64,000 nucleotides of DNA from Vicinamibacterales bacterium (lineage in GTDB: Bacteria; Acidobacteriota; Vicinamibacteria; Vicinamibacterales; UBA8438): NCBI GenBank assembly GCA_963663815.1, contig OY760734.1, one strand, 5' to 3'. The translations under genes and the position numbers were made by a program. A model generated the notes under the pieces. It was not told the origin of the DNA. It saw only the letters and a list, made by a program, of their open reading frames with translations, and did not search any database. This document shows positions 46,176-55,661 of this stretch, piece by piece. Positions within the stretch are counted from its first letter, which is position 1; each line of letters opens with the position of its first letter.

Positions 46176-47462
46176 CTACCGTAGCGAGTCCAGGATCATG
46201 GCAGTCTGCACGCCTTCAGGCGAGTTCGGATCTGCTTCGACAGCCTGCTCGAACCACTGCTTCGCGCCCTGGATGTCGCCCAAGTTGAGCGAAACCAGCC
46301 CCAGCTTGAACAGCGGTTTGATCCAACTCCGATCCCGGTTGTGGGCCTTCCGGAACCACTCGACCGCCTTCGCGCTGTCTCCGGCCGCGAAGGCCGCCTC
46401 GCCTTGGTTGTACAGCTCCTCGCGGCTGTTCCCCGCGTCGGCGGGAACGGCGCCCGGTGCGACGCTTGGCGTGGCGGGGAGCGGCCGGCCGCTCGCGGAG
46501 ATGCTCAGGCCCACCCACCCCCGGCGTACGGCGCAACGGATCGCAGCTTCCGGGTCAGCGCCGCGCGGCGGCTCGTAGGCGACGGCGTACTGGTACCGGG
46601 TCTCCTCGTACTGCCGCGTGACCTCGGCCGCCATCTCCTGGAGCTTGTCGCCGATGGACTGGCTGGGGCCGGCGACCGTGTCGTACCAGCCGCCGGTTAT
46701 CCGGGTCACGTCCCTTGCGATCCCGGTCTGGAATCCACGACCGGCTCCGACCCGCTGGGTGTAGAGGCCCAGCGCGTGGATGACCGCCCCCCGCTCGACC
46801 GCCCGCTCGATGAAGGCAGCATACCGGCCATCGGTGAGCCTGCGTTGGGCCGGCCCGTCGGTAGTGACCACGGCGAGTACCGGCCAGCGCCGATCGTCGT
46901 CCCAGCGATCCAGCGTCTCTTCCAGACCCGCGAAGAACCCCGCGGCGCGATCCTCTTCCACGAAGAACCGCGCCAGCTCATCGAGCACCTCGCCGTGGTC
47001 GTCGGTGAAGTTCACCACCATGCGCGGCCGGCCCGACAGCAGCACCAGCCCGATCTCGCTGCCTTCGGGCAGGGCTCGCACGAACCTCGGCAGGTAGACG
47101 CGGAAGTACCGGGAGAACGGCAGAGCGCCGTCCGCGTCGTCGACGATCAGCGCCACCCGCAAGGGCTGGTCGACGAGCTCGACGCGTTCGATGTCGACAC
47201 GTTCACCGTCGTGCTCGATGATGAAGTCGCCGGCCCCGAGGTCGGTCACCGGCTCGCCGTCGCGGTCGGTGACCTTGATGAACCGCTCGACGTCCTTCGC
47301 CTGGGCAATCCCGCCGGCCAGGAAGGCGGTCAGCAAGACGCTCAGGGTCATGCTGAACAGCAGAACGAATCGTTCGTGGCTCATGGGCACGACCAGGAGG
47401 AGGCCGGAGAGCAACCGTATCGCCCATCCCCCGCCGCGGTGACTGGTGCTGCGTGTCCTCAT
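46176..47462 (-). CDS. Exported VWA-like domain protein with C-terminal TPR repeats
   Basis: TM/signal, VTDRDGEPVTDL...DFII, PLRVALIVD, VVTTDG, Y.VAYEPP, then LYNQGEAAFAAGD..AVEWFRKA TPRs. Confidence 0.72.
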   Translation of the reverse strand: MRTRSTSHRGGGWAIRLLSGLLLVVPMSHERFVLLFSMTLSVLLTAFLAGGIAQAKDVERFIKVTDRDGEPVTDLGAGDFIIEHDGERVDIERVELVDQPLRVALIVDDADGALPFSRYFRVYLPRFVRALPEGSEIGLVLLSGRPRMVVNFTDDHGEVLDELARFFVEEDRAAGFFAGLEETLDRWDDDRRWPVLAVVTTDGPAQRRLTDGRYAAFIERAVERGAVIHALGLYTQRVGAGRGFQTGIARDVTRITGGWYDTVAGPSQSIGDKLQEMAAEVTRQYEETRYQYAVAYEPPRGADPEAAIRCAVRRGWVGLSISASGRPLPATPSVAPGAVPADAGNSREELYNQGEAAFAAGDSAKAVEWFRKAHNRDRSWIKPLFKLGLVSLNLGDIQGAKQWFEQAVEADPNSPEGVQTAMILDSLR

Positions 47463-47554
47463 CTCGCTCCCCTTTCCGGCAAGTCCCGGCTTCCCCCGCT
47501 CTGACCGGGTCGTCGGGCGGTTCACTCTCTTAGAGAGTTTGGAGAGGGGAACGA

Positions 47555-48184
47555 TTACAGATTCTTCTTGCGGGGCGAGACGGCCTCGGCGGAGGCCGCG
47601 ATCCGACGCAGGAGCCGCGGGCGCAGCAACTTGTGGGCTCGATGCAGCCGAACCGCTACGTTCCCGGTGGAGATGTGCAGCCGGCGGGCGACCTCCCGGG
47701 GCGGGCGGTCCTCGAGGTCGCGCAGCCGAACCACCTCGCGGAAGGTCGGCGGCAGATCGTCGATCACTTCCAGCAACAGGCGGGTCAGCTCGCGCGTATA
47801 CGCCGAGGCCTCGGGAGACTCCCAAAGCGCTCCGTCGGGCTGCGCCTGCCCCGCGAGCGGGCTCGACTCGCCGCTGGCCGCGTCCAGCGACAACTCGCGC
47901 CGCTGCGCGGTCACGCGGTGCACCGCTTCATGGCGCACAATCGCCCCGACCCACCCGCAGGCGGAAGACCCGCCGCGGTGCTGATGGAGCTTCTCCAGCA
48001 CGATGATCCAGCTCTGTTGCAGGGCGTCATGGGCGATGTCGTCGTCGCCCGCCACGCGCCGCGCGAGGGGCAGGAACCGGCAGGTGCAGCAGCGGACCCA
48101 TTGTTCGAGATCCCCCTGCAGCAGGGGACACCGGACTGCTTCCCCGAGCGTGGGACTCGAGGGGCGGGTGGCGCGGCGCGTCAT
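47555..48184 (-). CDS. ECF (RpoE-type) sigma-70 factor
   Basis: LARRVAGDDDIAHDALQQSW, GWVGAIVRHEA, IDDLPPTFREVVRLRDLE..EVARRLHISTGNVAVRLHRAHKLL. Confidence 0.82.
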   Translation of the reverse strand: MTRRATRPSSPTLGEAVRCPLLQGDLEQWVRCCTCRFLPLARRVAGDDDIAHDALQQSWIIVLEKLHQHRGGSSACGWVGAIVRHEAVHRVTAQRRELSLDAASGESSPLAGQAQPDGALWESPEASAYTRELTRLLLEVIDDLPPTFREVVRLRDLEDRPPREVARRLHISTGNVAVRLHRAHKLLRPRLLRRIAASAEAVSPRKKNL

Positions 48185-48224
48185 GACCAGACCGATTCTG
48201 CGGATCCAGCGGACCGAGGTCAAG

Positions 48225-48620
48225 GGTACGAGCGCCTTCAGCTCCGCCGGCGCTCAGCGCACCACTCGGCGCTCGATCTCCGCTTGCGACCACCCGCTCA
48301 TGTCGGGGGCGGTGGCGCCGGAGGCCAACTCCAGAAGCCCTTGCGGTCCTGACGGTACCGGTGAACGCGCCCTGGGTGGCCGAACAGCTCCGACGTGAAC
48401 AGCTCGTCGCCGAGCACCGCCAGTTGACCGGACGAAGGCGACCCGGTCCGCGAGACCCACCTCTGTGGATCGCGCGGGTGATCAGCTCCTTGCCCGTGCC
48501 GGTCTCGCCCTCGATGACCCGCGAGGGGCGGCGCGATGGCGACGCGGGCGATCTTCGCCTCCAGAGCGCGCGTCGGCTCGCTCTGCCCGACGAGCCGTGC
48601 CACCTCTGGGGGCTCCCAGC
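48225..48620 (-). pseudogene. Sigma54-dependent activator (AAA + Fis-HTH) remnant
   Basis: LVGQS, VIEGETGTGKELI, SELFGH..GAFTG in broken frames, with most of the AAA domain deleted. Confidence 0.68.
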
Positions 48621-48899
48621 CCACCCCCGCCCGCCGAGAGCCGGTGGGCATCACGCCACGTCATCCGGACGACGACGTGAGCTCGGACTCGGCGACGGCG
48701 GCCCGTCCCGCTCGGCGAAGCCCGCGAGCAGGCCCTTCGCAATGGGTCTGCCTGGTCGTCAAGGAGGCCGGGCGCGTCGTCCGGACCCCGTTCTGGAGCG
48801 CAGTCGCATCGGCGGGGCACCCTTGCGCCTTGTCGCCGGCAATCGGGGCGTACTGGTCAGGGGCTGACCGGCTACGCTGAACGCGCTCGTGCCGGAGAC

Positions 48900-49020
48900 C
48901 GAGGCAGCCGCGCACGGCTTCCGCTCGTTGTTCCGGGACTGGGCGGCCGAGGCGACGGACTACCCGCGGGAGGTGATCGAGGCGGCGCTGGCTCACGTGG
49001 TCCAGAACAAGGTCGAGGTG
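48900..49020 (+). pseudogene. P4-like integrase C-terminal remnant
   Basis: HGFRSLFRDWAAEATDYPREVIEAALAHVVQNKVE. Confidence 0.8.
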
Positions 49021-49208
49021 GATCGAGGCGGCCCGCACCGTGGTACGATGGCACCCGTGTTCGACACCTCGCGACGCGGTCGCCGGCTGGCTGGCCGGTC
49101 CTGGCCTGTCGGCCGGAGGTTGGCCGTAAGCCGACCGACGGCGTGCGTTCCCGCATGACGGACTCTGCATTCCCGGGACGTCAGGAGGGAGTCGGCACGA
49201 GGAGCCCG

Positions 49209-50378
49209 ATGACGGACTCCGAGCACTGGACGCGGTCGACGTTCTCGCTGCTCGAGACGATGCCGGACGCTGTCGTGGTGGTCGACGCCGCGGGCAGAGT
49301 CGTCTACGCCAACCGCCTGATCGAGCAGGTGTTCGGGTACAGCCCTGACGCTCTCGTCGGCCGTTCGGTCGAGATTCTCGTGCCCGCGGAGGCGCGGCAG
49401 CGGCATCGCCGTCAGCGAACGGACTACGGCCGGGCGCCAGCGGCGCGACCGATGGGCGCGGTTTCTCACGTACTCGGTCTGCACAAGAGCGGGCGCGAGT
49501 TCCCGGCGGATATCTCTCTGAGTCCAATCGAGTCCGACGAAGGCTGGCTGGTCATCGCGGCGGTGCGCGACATGACCGACCGCCATCGCATCGAGACCGC
49601 GTTGCGGGAGACCAACGAGAAGCTTGGGCAGGCCAACGAGAAGCTTGGCCGGGATCTCACTGCGGCGGCGAAGATCCAGAAGTCGCTCCTGCCGGGCCGG
49701 CCGGCCGGGATCCCCGGTGTCGAAGTCGACTGGATCTACGAACCGTGCGAGAAGCTCGGTGGCGACAGCTTCAACGCGTTCGAGATCGCGGCCGGCCTGG
49801 TCGGCTTCTACCTGCTGGACGTGGCGGGTCACGGGACGGTCGCGGCGCTCCATTCGATGGCGCTGACGCGCGTCCTCGCTTCGACGTGGACCGCAGAGGA
49901 GCGCTCATCGCCGGCACAGCTCATCAAGCGGCTCAACGCGGAGTTCCCCTATGACCCGGAGATTGGACAGTACTTCACGTTCGTCTGCGGCATGCTCGAC
50001 CAGGCGACGGGCTCGCTGCGCTATGCCTGCGCCGGGCATCCTGGCCCGATCCACGTGCCGCGCGACGGCCCGCCGGCCGCACTGGAAGCCGCTGGATTAC
50101 CGATCGGATTCTTCCCCGACGCCGATTACGACGAGTACAGGGTGTCTCTCCGACCCGGCGACCGGCTCTACCTCTACTCCGACGGCGTGACGGAGGCGAT
50201 GAACGGCGAGCATGAGGACTTTGGCATCACCGGGCTGGTAGAGGCGCTGACGAGAACGCAAAGGGCGCCCCTCGACGACACCGTGCAGGAAGTTCGCCGC
50301 GCAGTGGGTCGGTGGCGCGGCCGGGAGGAACTTGACGACGACCTGACGCTGTTGGCGATGGAGGTCGTCGCACCATGA
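49209..50378 (+). CDS. PAS-domain PP2C/SpoIIE phosphatase (RsbU/RsbP-like)
   Basis: PAS (PDAVVVVD..G.VVYAN..GY..L.G..VEIL), AAKIQKSLLP, GGDSF, DVAGHG, YSDGVTEA, DDLTL. Extended -10 TGGTACGAT at 49041. Confidence 0.93.
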   Translation: MTDSEHWTRSTFSLLETMPDAVVVVDAAGRVVYANRLIEQVFGYSPDALVGRSVEILVPAEARQRHRRQRTDYGRAPAARPMGAVSHVLGLHKSGREFPADISLSPIESDEGWLVIAAVRDMTDRHRIETALRETNEKLGQANEKLGRDLTAAAKIQKSLLPGRPAGIPGVEVDWIYEPCEKLGGDSFNAFEIAAGLVGFYLLDVAGHGTVAALHSMALTRVLASTWTAEERSSPAQLIKRLNAEFPYDPEIGQYFTFVCGMLDQATGSLRYACAGHPGPIHVPRDGPPAALEAAGLPIGFFPDADYDEYRVSLRPGDRLYLYSDGVTEAMNGEHEDFGITGLVEALTRTQRAPLDDTVQEVRRAVGRWRGREELDDDLTLLAMEVVAP

Positions 50379-50409
50379 CGGCTTCAACAACGGCGGACGG
50401 CGTCGAACC

Positions 50410-50540
50410 GTGCCACGAGGGTTGTTCCGGGACTGGCGGCTGAGAAGACGGACCATCAGGGGAGGTGATCGAGGCGGCGCTGGTTCGCCCGGCCGGGATC
50501 GCGAGCTCCGATCCGGGTGGCGCACCTGATGGAGTTGCGC
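50410..50540 (+). pseudogene. Second, more degenerate P4-like integrase C-terminal remnant
   Basis: TTGTTCCGGGACTGG and GGGAGGTGATCGAGGCGGCGCTGG are shared with 48900-49020. RHLME-like end. Confidence 0.6.
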
Positions 50541-50677
50541 GCGGCGGTGGTCGCGCTGGAGTGAACCAGTTCGGCTGTTGCGTTGGCGCCCGCGAACAGA
50601 AGGGATGTGGCCACCGTCGCGATGGGCGATGATGATGGCGCTGTGCACGTGGGCCGGCGACGGCGTCGAGGCTGTGC

Positions 50678-51337
50678 ATGTTGTTGTCCAGAACGGCGAT
50701 GGGCGTGAACGGGGACGGCGTAGCCTCACGGGCCGGCGTGCCCGGCTATGAGTCCATCTGGAACGGCCGGGACGAACTGGTCCACCGGCCGTCGCCACCA
50801 CCACCAGTGCAGGCGTCGGCCAAGCTCTGCCGCTGCTGTCAGCGTTGGCGGCCACTTGGTGACTTCGACAAGCGGCGCATCTGCCGGCACTGTGTCCGGC
50901 TGCGGAACAGTGGGCGCGTTCGGGAATTGCGCGAAGCTGCAAGGGCGCGCGGGCTCTGTCAGGCGTGTCGGAAACGCTCGGCTGCGGCCGGACTGACGAT
51001 CTGCGAGAGATGTCGGCTCCGCCATCGGGAGCACAACGTCGAACGTCGGCGGCGACTCAACCGTGAAGGCCGGTGCATAGATTGCACGGCGGACCTTCCA
51101 TCGGGGTGGAAGGGCGCCAGGTGCAAGGCGTGTGTAGACTCCTCGCGAAGGAGGATGGCCGAATTGCGACGCTCCCGGCTTGCCGCCGGTTTGTGTCGCG
51201 CCTGCGGCGAGAGGCCCCTCGCTGTGCTTGCCCGCGGATCACTGGCCACGCGATGCCGGCGCTGTCTGGACCGGGCGGCCGAACGGAAGCGAGAGCGCGC
51301 CGCAAGGCTGGCGCGGCTTGGAGAAGCCGGCGCGTGA
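50678..51337 (+). CDS. Basic protein with repeated CxxC pairs (multi Zn-finger, phage-like)
   Basis: Eight CxxC pairs, including repeats of R..G[LR]CxxC..CxxC separated by Arg-rich helices. Start is uncertain. Confidence 0.55.
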   Translation: MLLSRTAMGVNGDGVASRAGVPGYESIWNGRDELVHRPSPPPPVQASAKLCRCCQRWRPLGDFDKRRICRHCVRLRNSGRVRELREAARARGLCQACRKRSAAAGLTICERCRLRHREHNVERRRRLNREGRCIDCTADLPSGWKGARCKACVDSSRRRMAELRRSRLAAGLCRACGERPLAVLARGSLATRCRRCLDRAAERKRERAARLARLGEAGA

Positions 51338-51419
51338 ACGACCCACGGCCGGACATCGGTAGGCGGGCGTCGCTCGTACGATGACGTGTCCGGTCCGAGG
51401 CGGCTTCGATGGCCCCGTG

Positions 51420-51510
51420 GATTCCCGTTTGAGATGTGGGAATCGACGAGGGAATCGCGGCTGGATCAATGACAATAAGTCAAATTCAATGAATCATTTA
51501 CTGGAATCTC
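51420..51510. other. att-like boundary sequence
   Basis: GGGAATC at 51438 and 51450 (12-bp spacing), inverted copy at 51420, followed by an AT-rich tract. Sits between the accessory mosaic and intact metabolic genes. Confidence 0.3.
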
Positions 51511-51540
51511 AAGACTCACCCGTTGCTGGACAGCTGAGGC

Positions 51541-52953
51541 TCAGCGCGCTTCCCGTCCGAAGCGCTCGATAGTTTCCAGCGTCTCGCGGACGTCGTCCCA
51601 GGTCGTCGAGTGGTTGATCACGCACATCCGGAGCGCGAACGTCCGCCGAAGCAGCGTCGACGACATGAACGCGCGTTCTTCCCAGAACACGCGGGCGAGG
51701 ACCTTCCGGTTGACTTGGTGCAGCGCCCGGTCGCCGAGCTCCCCGCCGTCGGGGTTGACCCGGAAGCAGACGATGCCCAGCGAGGCGGGGGTCATGAGCT
51801 CGAGCATCGGGCTGTCCGAGACGTAACGCGCCGCGCGCTCGGCCAGCTCGATCCCCTTGGCCACCGCCGCCCGGAAGGCGGCCATGCCGAAGACCTGCAC
51901 CGACATCCAGATCTTGAGGGCGCGGTCGCGGCGGCTCAGCTGCAGGCCGTGATCGGTCTGGTTCGGGTGGTTCGCCCCCCACACCGAGTCCTGCAGGACG
52001 TCGTGGTGGATGGCGAAGGCCCGTTCGAGCGTCCGGACGTCTCTGACAAGCAGGCAGCCCGCCTCGTACGGCTGGAAGAGCCACTTGTGGGGGTCCATGC
52101 CGATCGAGTCGGCGCGCTCGATGCCGCGCAGAAGCCGTGCACCCGGCTCGGTGAGGACGGCGAAGCCGCCATGCGCCGCGTCGACGTGCATCCAGATGTC
52201 CTCCGCGGCGCAGTAGTCGGCGATGGCTTCAAGCGGATCGACGGCGCCGGTGCTGGTCGAGCCGGCGTCGGCGCAGATCGCGACGGGCGTGCATCCCGCC
52301 GCCCGGTCGGCCTCGACGGCGGCGGCCAGGACATCGGGATCGACGCGGAAGTCGACGCCCGTTTGCAGCACGCGAATGTGGTCGGGGCGGATACCGATGA
52401 TGCGGGCGGCGCGGGCCTGCGCGCTGTGGCTCTGGTCGCCCATGTAGACGGTGGCCCGTGCCGGGTGCCCCGCCGCCTCGCGCGCCGCCACGAAGGCGTC
52501 GAGGGCGGCCGCCGAGCCGCCGCTGGTCATCACGCCGCCCGCCGTGTCGGGGTATCCCACCCAGCGCCGGAACCAGTCGACGACGACGGCCTCGAGCTGG
52601 CTGGGACCGCTCGCGGTCAGCCACGTGGCCGCGTTGACGTTGAAGCCGGTCGCCAGATAGTCGGCCAGCACCCCCGGCCACGTCGGCTCCGACGGGATGA
52701 ACCCGAAGGCCCGGGGATGGTCGAGCCGCATCGCCGGCGACAGGACCTCCCGCACCGCGCGGTCGATGACCTCGCGCGGCGGCCGGCCCGCCTCCGGCGG
52801 ATCCTCCATCAGGCGTTCCGCGAGCTCCTGCTTGAACTCGCCGTCCCAGGCCCGGTCGTCCGGCAGCCGCACGTTCCGCCGGACGAGAATCTCGGTGACG
52901 TGTGCCGCCAGCTCGCGCATCACGTCGGGGGGCATCTGCAGACCGTGCGTCAT
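51541..52953 (-). CDS. Group II PLP-dependent amino-acid decarboxylase (aromatic-L-amino-acid decarboxylase-like)
   Basis: LDHPRAFGFIP, GGVMTSGGSAA, AGSTSTGAVDPL, WMHVDAAHGG, DSIGMDPHKW, LQLSRR.RALK. Confidence 0.93.
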   Translation of the reverse strand: MTHGLQMPPDVMRELAAHVTEILVRRNVRLPDDRAWDGEFKQELAERLMEDPPEAGRPPREVIDRAVREVLSPAMRLDHPRAFGFIPSEPTWPGVLADYLATGFNVNAATWLTASGPSQLEAVVVDWFRRWVGYPDTAGGVMTSGGSAAALDAFVAAREAAGHPARATVYMGDQSHSAQARAARIIGIRPDHIRVLQTGVDFRVDPDVLAAAVEADRAAGCTPVAICADAGSTSTGAVDPLEAIADYCAAEDIWMHVDAAHGGFAVLTEPGARLLRGIERADSIGMDPHKWLFQPYEAGCLLVRDVRTLERAFAIHHDVLQDSVWGANHPNQTDHGLQLSRRDRALKIWMSVQVFGMAAFRAAVAKGIELAERAARYVSDSPMLELMTPASLGIVCFRVNPDGGELGDRALHQVNRKVLARVFWEERAFMSSTLLRRTFALRMCVINHSTTWDDVRETLETIERFGREAR

Positions 52954-53116
52954 GCCGTCGGCTCCGAACGGATGCGGCGGGCGAACCGCGGTCGTACGGA
53001 CGCGTCGTCCGCGGGGCAGTGCGCGCGGGTCGCCGGTTCGTTCGTCATCTCGCAGTCCTCCTGTCGCGTCTGGGAGAGCCTCGCCGCAGCCCGTGGGTTG
53101 TGGGTATTATTCTGGC

Positions 53117-55624
53117 ATGCCGGACATGACACTCGCTGTGGCGGCGGACGGGGAAGGCCTCCTCGCCGGTGGGGGAGGCTGCGGTCGGAAACATGGCCGA
53201 CGCCTGCCGGACGGCGGCGGGTGTCGCCCCCGGCTCGCCGCCCTGTCGCTGGCGACGCTCCTGGCCGCATCGGCGGCCGGGGCGCAGGAGACGGGCACGG
53301 TGCGGGGCACCGTGACGCTGGTCGAGAACGGCGGCCTCGTCGACGGCGCGGTGATCCTGATCCTGGGGACGGGCGCGTTCGCCCTCACCGAGGACGGCCG
53401 CTACGAGATCACGAACGTGCCGGCCGGCGCCTACGAGGTGACCGCGCAGCGCAATCGGCTCACCGCGGCCAGCCGGACCGTCACCGTCACCGTCGGCGGC
53501 GTCGCGACCGCCGACTTCGCGCTCAACCTCTCGCCGGTGCGCGAGGAGGTGACGGTCACCGCGGCGGCGGTCGGGGCCGCCGCGACGCTGCAGTCCTTCA
53601 ATGCGGTGACGACCGTCGACTCGCTGCAGATCGCCCGCGAGGCCCCCGCCACCATCGGCGAGGCCCTCGAGCACGAGCCGGGCGTCGCCAACCGCAGCTT
53701 CGGCCCCGGCGCGAGCCGGCCCGTCATTCGCGGCTTCGGCGGCGACCGGGTGCTCATCATCGAGGACGGCATCCGCACCGGCGACCTGTCGTCGACCTCG
53801 GACCACCACGGGATGACCATCGACCCGAGCAGCGCCGAGCGCATCGAGGTCGTGCGCGGGCCGGCCACCCTGCTGTACGGCTCGAGCGTCGTCGGGGGGC
53901 TCGTCAACATCATCACTCCCCACGCCGCCTACCGGAACCTGCTCACCCCGCCCGAGAGCTACGGCCAGTCGCTGACCGACGGCACCCGCGCGCAGATGGG
54001 CACCGACTTCGGCAGCGCCAACCGGCAGGCCGGCACCTACGCCAACCTGCAGCACTCGCAGGGCAACCTGCTCTTCTGGGGGAGCGGGTCCCGGCGGCAG
54101 ACCGGCGACTACAACACGCCGGAGGGGCCCGTCTTCAACTCGGCCAGCGAACTCACCAGCGCCCGCACCGGGCTCGGCTACTTCGGCGACCGGTCGTTCG
54201 CCAGCGGCAGCCTCACGTTCGAGGACAGCCGTTTCGGCCTCCCGTTCGAGGACCGGTTCCACGCGGGGCATGGCCACGGGGAAGAGGACGACCACGGCCA
54301 CGAGGAGGAGGGGCACGAGGACGAGGCGATCGCCATCGACCTCGCCTCGCGGCGCCGCGTGGGGCGCTTCGACGTCGGGCTGCGCAACCTCGACAACCGG
54401 TTCATCCAGGGCGTGCGGGCCGCCTTCACCGCCATCGACGTCGCCGACGACCACGTGGACACGATAGGCGGGGTCGACAACGTCGACACCCGGTTCAACA
54501 ACCGTACCTACGTCACCCGGGCCCTCTTCTACCAGCGGCAGCTCGAGCACGTCACGGGGCGGTTCGGGGCCGAGCTGCAGTTCCGCAATTTCCTGGCGAC
54601 GGGGGCCGAGGCGCTGGCCCCGCGGACGGACCAGACCACGTTCGCGGCCTTCGGCTACGAGGAGCTGATCTTCGGACGCTACCGCGTGCAGGTCGGCGGC
54701 CGCATCGAGCGCAACGACTACCTGGCGGCGGCGCGCGCCGCCGCCGACCAGGACGACCACGGTCATGACGACGACCACGGCGACGACGACCACGACAATG
54801 GTCACGACGACGATGACGACCACGACGACGAGGAGGACCACCACCTGGAGCCGCCCGACCCCCGCGATCGGCAGTTCCTCGGCGCGTCGGCCTCCGTCGG
54901 GCTGCACGCGGACATCGGCGACGACAGCGCGTTCGTCGCCAGCCTCATGCAGGCGCACCGCGTCCCCGCCCTGCAGGAGCTCTACAACTTCGGCCCCCAC
55001 CTGGGGAACTTCGAGGTCGGCAGCCCCGACCTCAAGCCGGAGACCACCCTGGGGCTCGACTTCAGCCTCCGACACCAGTCCGACCGCGTCGGGGGCGACC
55101 TGAACTTCTACGTCTACGACATCGAGAACTTCATCTTCGGCGACCACACCACCGAGATCGTCGACAACCTGCGCGTCCTCGACATCATCCAGGGCGACAG
55201 CCGATTCGTCGGGTTCGACGCCTCCGGGAGCTTCCGGCTGGGCGGCGACAACTGGGCCACGCTGGGCATCGGCTACGTCAACGCGGCGCTGACGTCGACC
55301 GACGAGGCGGTGCCGCGCATCCCGCCGCTGCGCGCCACCCTCGGCGTCGACATCCACGCCGGGGCGCTCACCCTGAGGCCGGAGCTGACCGTCGCAGCCC
55401 GGCAGGACCGCGTCTTCCGCGAGGAGACCGCGACCGACGGCTACGCCCTCGTGAACCTGGACGCCTCGTACATCTGGCCGGGGCAGCACCGGGCGCACGT
55501 CCTGTCGTTCACCGGGTACAACCTCGCGAACGCGCTCTACGCGAACCACATGTCCTTCATCAAGGACCTCGCCCCCGAGATGGGCCGGGGCCTCAAGGTG
55601 AGCTACTCGCTACGCTTCTTCTGA
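53117..55624 (+). CDS. TonB-dependent receptor with His/Asp-rich loops (ZnuD-like metal uptake, tentative)
   Basis: Carboxypeptidase-like N domain, EEVTVTA, plug RPVIRGFGGDRV..EDG and IEVVRGPATLLYGS..GG, His-rich tracts, terminal SLRFF. Confidence 0.92.
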   Translation: MPDMTLAVAADGEGLLAGGGGCGRKHGRRLPDGGGCRPRLAALSLATLLAASAAGAQETGTVRGTVTLVENGGLVDGAVILILGTGAFALTEDGRYEITNVPAGAYEVTAQRNRLTAASRTVTVTVGGVATADFALNLSPVREEVTVTAAAVGAAATLQSFNAVTTVDSLQIAREAPATIGEALEHEPGVANRSFGPGASRPVIRGFGGDRVLIIEDGIRTGDLSSTSDHHGMTIDPSSAERIEVVRGPATLLYGSSVVGGLVNIITPHAAYRNLLTPPESYGQSLTDGTRAQMGTDFGSANRQAGTYANLQHSQGNLLFWGSGSRRQTGDYNTPEGPVFNSASELTSARTGLGYFGDRSFASGSLTFEDSRFGLPFEDRFHAGHGHGEEDDHGHEEEGHEDEAIAIDLASRRRVGRFDVGLRNLDNRFIQGVRAAFTAIDVADDHVDTIGGVDNVDTRFNNRTYVTRALFYQRQLEHVTGRFGAELQFRNFLATGAEALAPRTDQTTFAAFGYEELIFGRYRVQVGGRIERNDYLAAARAAADQDDHGHDDDHGDDDHDNGHDDDDDHDDEEDHHLEPPDPRDRQFLGASASVGLHADIGDDSAFVASLMQAHRVPALQELYNFGPHLGNFEVGSPDLKPETTLGLDFSLRHQSDRVGGDLNFYVYDIENFIFGDHTTEIVDNLRVLDIIQGDSRFVGFDASGSFRLGGDNWATLGIGYVNAALTSTDEAVPRIPPLRATLGVDIHAGALTLRPELTVAARQDRVFREETATDGYALVNLDASYIWPGQHRAHVLSFTGYNLANALYANHMSFIKDLAPEMGRGLKVSYSLRFF

Positions 55625-55661
55625 CGGAACCATCGCTCCGCCGGTCGATTCGTGCTGCGCG

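Noticed and set aside
51610-55549. Long ORFs 51610-54768 (+) and 53045-55549 (-)
   Set aside because: Off-frame or antisense to the clearly recognisable decarboxylase and TonB receptor.
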